Positions 20,778 to 27,566 of a stretch of DNA of 64,000 bases are shown here, one piece after another. Location: contig JAGASR010000002.1 in the NCBI GenBank assembly GCA_017621705.1, positions 45,984 through 109,983 of the forward strand, in the 5' to 3' direction. This DNA comes from Clostridia bacterium (lineage in GTDB: Bacteria > Bacillota > Clostridia > Oscillospirales > UBA644). The notes under the pieces are model-generated. The model did no database searches. It worked only from the letters and a program-made list of their open reading frames with translations, and was not told the origin of the DNA. The stretch's first letter is position 1. Each line of letters starts with the position of its first letter. The translations under genes and the position numbers were made by a program.

Positions 20778-22853
20778 TTATTCAAATCGTATCAATGCTA
20801 CGCTGATGGGAGCGAGGACTGTTTCGCTTGAATCTTTGTCGAATTTAACGTCAAGTGGCTCTTCCTCAAAGTCGGAGATGGGCATGAGCGTTTTGCCGAC
20901 ATATGCCATTGCTTTGACGTTCTTTCCTCCGAAATTGAAGCTGATCTTCTTTTCATCGTCGCAGGAGGAGTTGATCGCCGTAACGGTCGTGATGCCGTCT
21001 TTTTTAGTTACCGTAATATAATCGTCGGAGTAAAGGAGCGTGCCGCCGCTGTGAACGCCGAGAAGTTTGATCGCTTTGCCGGTCGCTGTAAGCTCAACAT
21101 TATGCGGATTTACCTTGATCGAGCCCTCGTTTACCATTTCAAAATGACATGCGATTCCGATATTGCTTATCGGCGCTTCGCCGATTATCATATTAAGCAT
21201 CATTGCCGCATGCATACCGTCGGTAACGGTAGATTTCCTGTACCATGCGTACCAGAGGTTCCATTCGTCGAACGAAATGCTGATATCGTCGTTTCCGAGG
21301 TATTTACGCATAAGTCTGAGGTTTTTACGTGTGTTGAAAGTGCAGTTAAGAGCGTAGTAATAATGATCTTTGAGCTTTGAAAGGTCACGGTAATTCGGCT
21401 GAGCGGAGTATGTATGGAAAGAAACGAACTTAACGATATCCTTGAGCGGTTTTGCTGAAAAATCAACCCAGTCTTTGTTCGGGTGAGGTCCGGAGGAGCA
21501 AAGAGTCAGATTCGGGCAGACTTTAAGCATCTTTTCAGCGCTCTTTCTTACGAGGTGCGCATAGCCCGAAGGCGTGTTTTCGCCCTCCATGTGACCGTAA
21601 CCTGCTTCGTTGCCGAGAGACCAGAGGTTGACGTTATACGGCTCTTTGTAGCCTCTTTCAACTCTGAGTCTGCCGTATTCGGTTGTTTCGTCGCCGTTGC
21701 AGTATTCGACCCATGCGGCGTTCTCTTCGGGAGTGCACCATGTCTGATTGATAGTGATGAACGGTTCTGCTCCGATATAGCGGCAGAGCGCAACGAAATC
21801 GTCCGTATTTATTTCATGGAAATCGTAGCCGTGAGAATGAGGCTGTGTTTCAAGCATAAGATAGGACTGGAAAGGCGCGCGTTCGTCAACGGGAAGAAGC
21901 CCGTCCATCCAGTTGTATTCGCCTGCAAAGTTGCCGCCGGGCCAACGTAAAACGCTGACGCCGATCTCTTTGAGCGCTTCGACCGCATCTTTTCTCATTC
22001 CGTGGAAGTTGTCTTTATTCATCATCGAAACGGCACCGACATCTATGAGCACCTGCTGTTTGTAAACGATTCGAAGATCCGCATCGCAGTCGCTTTCCGT
22101 CGGCGCAAGAACTGCTTCGTAGCGGTTCCATTCCGAACCTGCCTTGATTTCTATAACGGCGGATGCGTATGTTTTTGTGTTGTATCTGTCTGTAAGGCTT
22201 ACGGTGATGCTTACGTTTTCAATACATCTGGCAACGATCGCAAAATCGTAAATCTCATCTTTCGAAATATCTATTTCATGCTGACCGAAACCGCCTTCGA
22301 TCTCGGGATCACAGCACATGACCTGCTGGGAGGTGCATTCAAGCGCTCTGTGCATATGATAATGGTCGGGGTAATGGCGAGTGTACGGTTCGCTCGTAAT
22401 TGCGTATGTCTTATCCCCGATAAGATACCAGTCGGAAGAGATACCTTCCATAACGGACGGCTTGCCGATGAATTTTCTGTTTCTTATCATCTGCGCGGAA
22501 AGGCCTTTGTTGATGCTCGAACGTGTGTGCTCGAGATTGTTGCCGAAAAGCAGGGGAGATACGATTCCCATATTCTTTTCGGGGTCGATTATGATCTCGC
22601 AGTCGCCTTCGGGAGTTTTTTCGCAGACGATCTCCGCTTCTTTTTCTTCTTTTCCATCAAGAAGCTGGGCGAGAGTTATACCGAGCGCCATCGCAATTTT
22701 GTTCATTGTCGGAACGTCGGGGCATTTTTCGCCTTTTTCCCATGCGCAGACGTCTTTTTCATCGACGCCGATTTTTTTCGCAATGTCTTCTGTTGTATAA
22801 TTAAGATCATTTCTTTTTGCGGCAATAAATTCGCCTGTTTTTATCATATCCAT
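20778..22853 (-). CDS. XRE-type HTH domain fused to a GH51-like alpha-L-arabinofuranosidase
   Basis: Residues 1-65 (GEFIAAKRNDLNYTTEDIAKKIGVDEKDVCAWEKGEKCPDVPTMNKIAMALGITLAQLL) form an HTH_3/XRE-like domain. The remainder has GH51 hallmarks: LRWPGGNFAGEYNW, WSLGNEAGYGH (acid/base Glu) and SFDEWNLWY (nucleophile Glu). Confidence 0.7.
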   Translation of the reverse strand: MDMIKTGEFIAAKRNDLNYTTEDIAKKIGVDEKDVCAWEKGEKCPDVPTMNKIAMALGITLAQLLDGKEEKEAEIVCEKTPEGDCEIIIDPEKNMGIVSPLLFGNNLEHTRSSINKGLSAQMIRNRKFIGKPSVMEGISSDWYLIGDKTYAITSEPYTRHYPDHYHMHRALECTSQQVMCCDPEIEGGFGQHEIDISKDEIYDFAIVARCIENVSITVSLTDRYNTKTYASAVIEIKAGSEWNRYEAVLAPTESDCDADLRIVYKQQVLIDVGAVSMMNKDNFHGMRKDAVEALKEIGVSVLRWPGGNFAGEYNWMDGLLPVDERAPFQSYLMLETQPHSHGYDFHEINTDDFVALCRYIGAEPFITINQTWCTPEENAAWVEYCNGDETTEYGRLRVERGYKEPYNVNLWSLGNEAGYGHMEGENTPSGYAHLVRKSAEKMLKVCPNLTLCSSGPHPNKDWVDFSAKPLKDIVKFVSFHTYSAQPNYRDLSKLKDHYYYALNCTFNTRKNLRLMRKYLGNDDISISFDEWNLWYAWYRKSTVTDGMHAAMMLNMIIGEAPISNIGIACHFEMVNEGSIKVNPHNVELTATGKAIKLLGVHSGGTLLYSDDYITVTKKDGITTVTAINSSCDDEKKISFNFGGKNVKAMAYVGKTLMPISDFEEEPLDVKFDKDSSETVLAPISVALIRFE

Positions 22854-22913
22854 ATTATTTCATGCCTTTCTTTAACGTATTTTCGGTATCCGCGTGGTTT
22901 TTTCTTTGTTTTT

Positions 22914-22942
22914 AGTATAACATTTTGCGGTAGAATTGTCAA
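22914..22942 (-). promoter_or_regulatory. Promoter for the HTH-GH51 gene (TTGACA-17-TATACT)
   Basis: Minus strand has TTGACA at 22942-22937, a 17-nt spacer, and TATACT at 22919-22914. Confidence 0.55.
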
Positions 22943-23025
22943 TATTAATTTATTCATAAGCAAAGCGCTTTTTTATCGGACTATAAAAATATTTTTTGAC
23001 TTTAAGCATGAATTCACACATAACC

Positions 23026-23200
23026 GTTCGTGATATTCCGTCTTCGACGGAGTGATATATTTTGCAGTACATAATTTTTGCCGTGCATATTTTTTGCTGT
23101 GCATATTTTTTGCTGTGCAAAAAAAGTGATATTGAAAACTGAGGCTTCAGTGATATTATATTCGCTTCTTAACACCGAAGGCAATATCACTTGCGAAGCA
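23026..23200. repeat. Cluster of (A/C)GTGATAT heptamers with mini-palindromes and a 16-nt tandem repeat
   Basis: GTGATAT occurs at 23030, 23052, 23126 and 23150, with an inverted ATATCAC at 23184. The unit TGC(C/T)GTGCATATTTTT occurs twice plus a partial third copy at 23079-23125. Hairpin CCGTC-TTC-GACGG lies at 23038-23050. Confidence 0.7.
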
Positions 23201-23365
23201 AATCAACCTGACTTCTTCCCTATTACCTCTTACTTATTACTTTCAAAAAATCTGAATGCGAAATTTAGTGAAAAGTGAAGAGGGAAGAGGTAAAAAGTAA
23301 AAATCCCGAGTGCTTTCGCATTCAGGATTTTCCGGACTCGTAAGACAAAAATGCAACTCGTATAT

Positions 23366-23540
23366 TCAGTGAAGTTTTGGCTTCGCCAAAGTGATGCGAT
23401 GCTTCGCATCGTGATGTTGCTCACCTTGTTCGCAGTGATGTGATGTGTTCTATTTCATGTGCCGAAGGCACACTTCACGCGCAAAGCGCACATCACTTCC
23501 GCAGGATACATCACGTTCCGCTTGCGGAACACATCGTTGA
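23366..23540. repeat. Convergent arrays of GTGA(T/A)G hexamers at about 20-bp phasing, separated by GC-rich mini-hairpins
   Basis: Plus-strand GTGAAG at 23369 and GTGATG at 23391, 23411, 23435 and 23440. Complements CTTCAC at 23473 and CATCAC at 23491 and 23509. Spacer palindromes lie at 23376-23390, 23397-23411, 23458-23472, 23479-23489 and 23515-23530. Confidence 0.7.
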
Positions 23541-23574
23541 AAAAAGCCTAACGCAATCGCGTTAGGCTTTTTTC
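23539..23574. terminator. Bidirectional intrinsic terminator immediately 3' of tRNA-Leu
   Basis: AAAAAAGCCTAACGC-AATC-GCGTTAGGCTTTTTT: an 11-bp stem flanked by an A-run and a T-run. Confidence 0.85.
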
Positions 23575-23661
23575 TGGTGCCGGAAGCGGGGGTCGAACCC
23601 GCACGGTATCGCTACCATCGGATTTTGAGTCCGACACGTCTGCCAATTCCATCATTCCGGC
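23575..23661 (-). tRNA. tRNA-Leu (anticodon CAA), CCA encoded
   Basis: The minus strand reads GCCGGAA-TG-...-TCGGA-CTCAAAA-TCCGA-(long variable arm TGGTAGCGATACCGTG)-GCGGGTTCGACCCCCGC-TTCCGGC-ACCA. 87 nt, class II cloverleaf. Confidence 0.93.
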
Positions 23662-23682
23662 GAAATATTTTATTGTTTTGTT

Positions 23683-23711
23683 ATTATATCACACTCTCGC
23701 CCGAAAATCAA
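23683..23711 (-). promoter_or_regulatory. Promoter of tRNA-Leu (TTGATT-17-TGaTATAAT)
   Basis: Minus strand has TTGATT at 23711-23706, a 17-nt spacer, and TATAAT at 23688-23683 preceded by TGa. It lies about 22 nt upstream of the tRNA 5' end. Confidence 0.7.
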
Positions 23712-23857
23712 TAGATTTTTGTGAACTAATTCGGAAAAAATATTCGGGACCGATCTTCCGTATTTGCATCATTTTGCGTTTAATTGCAATTATTTGGCAA
23801 ATAGAACCGTTAAATGGGGCGGAATTATGACATTATCTCAATTTTTTGAAACTACTC

Positions 23858-23886
23858 TTGACAAATACCACGCTATGTGCTATTAT
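23858..23886 (+). promoter_or_regulatory. Near-consensus promoter (TTGACA-17-TGcTATTAT)
   Basis: TTGACA at 23858-23863, an exact 17-nt spacer, and TATTAT at 23881-23886 with an upstream TG. Confidence 0.65.
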
Positions 23887-23892
23887 TTAGGA

Positions 23893-24041
23893 GCGGACAG
23901 AATCTCTGTCTGAGCAAGCATAGTTTACTCTTCTTTCTTTTTTTTACCTGAACAGCCCGCTTTGCGGGCTCGGGTTTTCTGTCGATTTTCGACAGTTTGT
24001 GCTGGGGTTAATTGGGATAAACTCAATTAACCTGTTTTTTT
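23893..24041 (+). ncRNA. Candidate sRNA or structured 5' leader (unknown family)
   Basis: Bounded by the promoter above and a strong terminator. Contains hairpins GGACAGA-atctc-TGTC, GCCCGC-ttt-GCGGGC and CTGTCGA-tttt-CGACAG, plus the terminator stem. No coding potential. Confidence 0.35.
24005..24041 (+). terminator. Intrinsic terminator
   Basis: GGTTAATTG-(loop)-CAATTAACC followed by TGTTTTTTT. Confidence 0.75.
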
Positions 24042-24056
24042 AACTTAAAATTAACG

Positions 24057-24111
24057 AAATCCTCCGTTTTTCATATCATGGAATATCCTTGAAATGACGG
24101 AGGATTTTTTT
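24057..24111 (+). promoter_or_regulatory. Second terminator-like hairpin that sequesters the SD of the downstream peptidase gene
   Basis: AAATCCTCCGT (24057-24067) pairs with ACGGAGGATTT (24097-24107). The 3' arm contains the GGAGGA SD and runs into TTTTTTT directly before ATG 24112. Confidence 0.55.
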
Positions 24112-25395
24112 ATGATCTTACTCAAAATCGGCTCAAGAGGTCCGCAGGTGGAGCTTCTTCAGAGCATTCTCAACAGACTCGGCTATAATTCCGGCGCGGT
24201 CGACGGTATTTTCGGCATCCGCACGCAGAACGCAGTCAGACGTTTCCAGAACGCCGTCGGTCTTTCCGTTGACGGTATCGTCGGCGACGACACGTGGGCG
24301 GCGCTTTTACCGTATATCGACGGCTATGTCAGCCACACGGTAGTTTCGGGCGACACTTTCTGGCTTCTTTCAAAAAAATACGGTACTACCGTCGCCGCAA
24401 TTTCCGCCGCAAACCCGACTGTCGATCCGCAGAATTTAATTGTCGGCAGTAAAATCATCGTTCCGCTCAATATAAATGTCGTGCCGACGGATGTTTCTTA
24501 CGGCTACGAGCTTCTCATCAGAAATATCGATGCATTAAAAAAACGCTACCCGTTTATTTCTTCCGAAACCGCAGGCAAGAGCGTAATGGGAAAAGATATT
24601 CCTTATATCCGTCTCGGAAACGGCAAAAACGAGGTGTTTTTCAACGCTTCTCACCATGCAAACGAGTGGATAACGTCCGTTCTGATCATGCGTTTTATCG
24701 AAAATCTCTGCAAAAGCTATGTCGAACGGTCGAACGTTTCCGATATTCCCGCCGCCGAAATTTTTGAGAAGTCTACAATATATATTATACCCATGGTAAA
24801 TCCCGACGGTGTCGATCTCGTAACGGGGTGGTTGCCGCGCGAAAGCTCCGAATACCGTTCGGCAAAGGCGATCGCAGAAAAATATCCCGATATCCCGTTC
24901 CCGTCGGGATGGAAAGCGAATATACGAGGGGTTGATCTCAATCTCAATTACCCTGCCGAGTGGGATCAGGCAAAGCAGATCAAATATGACCTCGGTTTTA
25001 CTTCCCCTGCGCCGAGAGATTTTGTCGGCGAGCGTCCTTTCTCCGAGCCTGAAACGCAGATGACGGGAAGATTTACGAAAGAGCACGATTTTTCTCTTAC
25101 GCTTTCGTACCACACGCAGGGCGAGCTGATCTTCTGGAAATTCCTCAATTATTTCGTCCCCGATTCTTTCGAGATTGCGCAGAAATTTGCCGATGTTTCG
25201 GGGTATACGCTCTCTTTGACGCCGTACGAATCGGGCTATGCCGGCTATAAAGACTGGTTCATTCAGGAATACCGTCGCCCCGGCTATACGATCGAGGCAG
25301 GAAAAGGCGTAAATCCTCTCCCGATCTCTCAATTTGCGGAGATCTACCGTGATAATATCGGCTTGCTTTCTCTCGCGGCGGTCGCAACAACGTAA
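24112..25395 (+). CDS. PG_binding_1 + LysM + M14 zinc carboxypeptidase (gamma-D-glutamyl-meso-diaminopimelate peptidase-like)
   Basis: GPQVELLQSILNRLGY...DGIFGIRTQNAVRRFQ matches a PG-binding domain. HTVVSGDTFWLLSKKYGTTVAAISAANP matches LysM. SHHANEWITS matches the M14 HxxE zinc site. Start placed at ATG 24112, which has a GGAGGA SD, rather than ORF-track 24094. Confidence 0.8.
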   Translation: MILLKIGSRGPQVELLQSILNRLGYNSGAVDGIFGIRTQNAVRRFQNAVGLSVDGIVGDDTWAALLPYIDGYVSHTVVSGDTFWLLSKKYGTTVAAISAANPTVDPQNLIVGSKIIVPLNINVVPTDVSYGYELLIRNIDALKKRYPFISSETAGKSVMGKDIPYIRLGNGKNEVFFNASHHANEWITSVLIMRFIENLCKSYVERSNVSDIPAAEIFEKSTIYIIPMVNPDGVDLVTGWLPRESSEYRSAKAIAEKYPDIPFPSGWKANIRGVDLNLNYPAEWDQAKQIKYDLGFTSPAPRDFVGERPFSEPETQMTGRFTKEHDFSLTLSYHTQGELIFWKFLNYFVPDSFEIAQKFADVSGYTLSLTPYESGYAGYKDWFIQEYRRPGYTIEAGKGVNPLPISQFAEIYRDNIGLLSLAAVATT

Positions 25396-25402
25396 AATAA
25401 AA

Positions 25403-25431
25403 AAGGATAGAGACGAAAAATCTCTATCCTT
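25403..25431. terminator. Bidirectional terminator between the convergent peptidase and glnA genes
   Basis: AAGGATAGAGA-cgaaaaa-TCTCTATCCTT with A/T-rich flanks. Confidence 0.75.
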
Positions 25432-25438
25432 TATTGTT

Positions 25439-27520
25439 TTATACGCTGAAAAGAAGGTCGCCGTAAGTCGGGAACGGCCAGTAGTCTCTGCCGATGAGAA
25501 GTTCCGCTTCATCGACCGATGCACGAAGACTGTGCATTACGGGCAGGATGCTGTCTTTATAATAGAACGAAAGATCCTGCGGCTCGGTGATCTCTTTTGA
25601 CTGATTTACGGTTTCTTCGAGCTCCGCAGTCTTGTTGTAGATATCCGAGCAAAGGACGGAGAGACGGGAAAGGATCGTCGATTCGGGCTCTGACATGATC
25701 TCAAGCTCTTTTTTCGTCTTAATGAGCTCTGCAAGACGTCTCTGATATTTGATGATCGCAGGAATAATATCTTTTTTCGCCATATCGATCATCGTCAGCG
25801 CTTCGACGGAGTTCGTTTTATTGTATGCATCGTAAAGAATATCGCGGCGCGAGTAGATCTCTTCTTTGGTGAAGATCTTGTGTTTTGTAAAGAGTGCGAT
25901 ATTTTTATCGTCAACGTATCTTTCGAGCGCTTCGGGTGTCGTTCTGAGGTTGAGAAGTCCGCGTCTTTCGGCTTCTTCGACCCAAGCGTTGTCGTAACCG
26001 TTTCCGTTAAAGATAATACGCTTATGCTCGTGGATCGTTTTTCTGATAAGAGAGTTTAATTCGGAAGTGAAATCTTCGGCGTTTTCGAGAATATCCGCGA
26101 ACTGTTCGAGCTCTTCGGCAACGGTCGTATTGAGGATTATGTTCGGACCGGAGATCGAAAGCGAAGAACCGAGCATACGGAATTCAAACTTGTTACCCGT
26201 AAACGCAAAGGGCGAAGTTCTGTTTCTGTCTGTCGTATCTCTCGGGAAATGGGGAAGAACGTGAACGCCGATCTCCATTTCGAGTTTTTCTTTGTTGTCG
26301 TATGCGCTGCCGCTGTCGATCGCTTCAAGGATCTCCGTAAGCTCGTCGCCGAGGAAGATCGAGATGATCGCCGGAGGCGCTTCGTTCGAACCGAGACGGT
26401 AGTCGTTTCCTGCGGATGCGATGGAAAGACGGAGAAGATCCTGGTATTCGTCTACCGCTTTTATAACTGCGCACAAAAACAGCAGGAATTGCGCATTTTC
26501 ATGCGGAGATTTACCGGGTTCGAGCAGATTCATGCCGGTATTGGTCGCAAGCGCCCAGTTGTTGTGCTTACCGCTTCCGTTAACGCCCGCAAACGGTTTT
26601 TCGTGAAGAAGACAGGTCATGCCGTGTCTTTCCGCAACGTTTTTGAGCATCTGCATCGTCAGCTGGTTATGGTCGGTCGCAATATTAGTGTTAGAAAAGA
26701 TCGGCGCAAGTTCGTGCTGCGCAGGTGCGGATTCGTTATGCTCCGTTTTTGCGAGAACGCCGAGCTTCCAGAGCTCTTCGTCAAGCTCTTTCATGAATTT
26801 CGAAACTCTCGGACGGATCGCGCCGAAATAGTGGTCGTGCATTTCCTGACCCTTCGGAGGCTTTGCGCCGAAGAGCGTACGTCCCGTAAAAACAAGGTCT
26901 TTTCTCTTATTGAAAAGCTCCTGGTCTACAAGAAAATATTCCTGCTCCGCGCCGACGGTCGTGATAACTCTCTTTGCCGTATCGTTGCCGAAAAGACGGA
27001 GAATTCTCAGCGCCTGCTCGTTGATGCATTCCATCGAACGCAGAAGCGGAGTCTTTTTATCGAGCGACTGTCCGCCGTAAGAGTAGAATACGGTCGGGAT
27101 GCACAAAGTTCTGTCTTTTATAAATGCGTAGGAGGTCGGGTCCCATGCGGTGTAGCCTCTTGCTTCAAAAGTCGCACGCAGACCGCCCGAGGGAAATGAC
27201 GATGCGTCGGGTTCGCCCTTGATAAGCTCTTTGCCCGAAAATTCCATGATTACCGAGCTGTCGCCGATCGGGGAGATAAAGCTGTCGTGCTTTTCCGCCG
27301 TAACACCCGTCATTGGCTGGAACCAGTGCGTGAAGTGGGTCGCACCCTTCGAGACCGCCCAGTCCTTCATAGCGTTTGCAACAATGTTTGCGACCGTCAG
27401 GTCAAGGCTTTTGCCGACTTCGATCGTCTTTTTGAGCGCTTTGTATGTGTCATGGGGGAGACGTTCCTTCATGACACTGTCGTTAAATACAAGCGAGCCG
27501 AAAATTTCAGAAACACTCAT
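25439..27520 (-). CDS. glnA: Glutamine synthetase, type III
   Basis: 693 aa. The N-terminus [22 protein letters not shown]...[12 protein letters not shown] and the overall length match GSIII of Bacteroides and ruminal Clostridia, from memory. Confidence 0.85.
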   Translation of the reverse strand: MSVSEIFGSLVFNDSVMKERLPHDTYKALKKTIEVGKSLDLTVANIVANAMKDWAVSKGATHFTHWFQPMTGVTAEKHDSFISPIGDSSVIMEFSGKELIKGEPDASSFPSGGLRATFEARGYTAWDPTSYAFIKDRTLCIPTVFYSYGGQSLDKKTPLLRSMECINEQALRILRLFGNDTAKRVITTVGAEQEYFLVDQELFNKRKDLVFTGRTLFGAKPPKGQEMHDHYFGAIRPRVSKFMKELDEELWKLGVLAKTEHNESAPAQHELAPIFSNTNIATDHNQLTMQMLKNVAERHGMTCLLHEKPFAGVNGSGKHNNWALATNTGMNLLEPGKSPHENAQFLLFLCAVIKAVDEYQDLLRLSIASAGNDYRLGSNEAPPAIISIFLGDELTEILEAIDSGSAYDNKEKLEMEIGVHVLPHFPRDTTDRNRTSPFAFTGNKFEFRMLGSSLSISGPNIILNTTVAEELEQFADILENAEDFTSELNSLIRKTIHEHKRIIFNGNGYDNAWVEEAERRGLLNLRTTPEALERYVDDKNIALFTKHKIFTKEEIYSRRDILYDAYNKTNSVEALTMIDMAKKDIIPAIIKYQRRLAELIKTKKELEIMSEPESTILSRLSVLCSDIYNKTAELEETVNQSKEITEPQDLSFYYKDSILPVMHSLRASVDEAELLIGRDYWPFPTYGDLLFSV

Positions 27521-27566
27521 TGTTTTCTATATCCTCTGTTTTCTGTTGAATTCTAAATTATTTTTC

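Noticed and set aside
23079-23125. Possible CRISPR array (also considered for 34111-34250)
   Set aside because: The 16-nt units are contiguous with no spacers and only ~2.5 copies. The 34.1 kb repeats are in-frame coding repeats. No cas genes are in the window.
23575-23661. tRNA-Leu as an integration site for a genomic island or prophage
   Set aside because: No integrase, no direct repeat of the tRNA 3' end, and no phage or mobile genes on either side within the window.
24094-24111. ORF-track start ATG 24094 for the peptidase gene
   Set aside because: It lies inside the hairpin arm and has no SD. ATG 24112 is preceded by GGAGGA at a 7-nt spacing.
23893-24111. c-di-AMP (ydaO/yuaA) riboswitch upstream of the cell-wall peptidase gene
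   Set aside because: The hallmark GGGGACCCA and CCCGAATCCG.CAGCTAACCTCGTAAGC elements recalled from B. subtilis ydaO are absent.
24535-25524. 329-aa minus-strand ORF
   Set aside because: Antisense to the M14 peptidase gene. Its Arg-rich translation is typical of a shadow frame.
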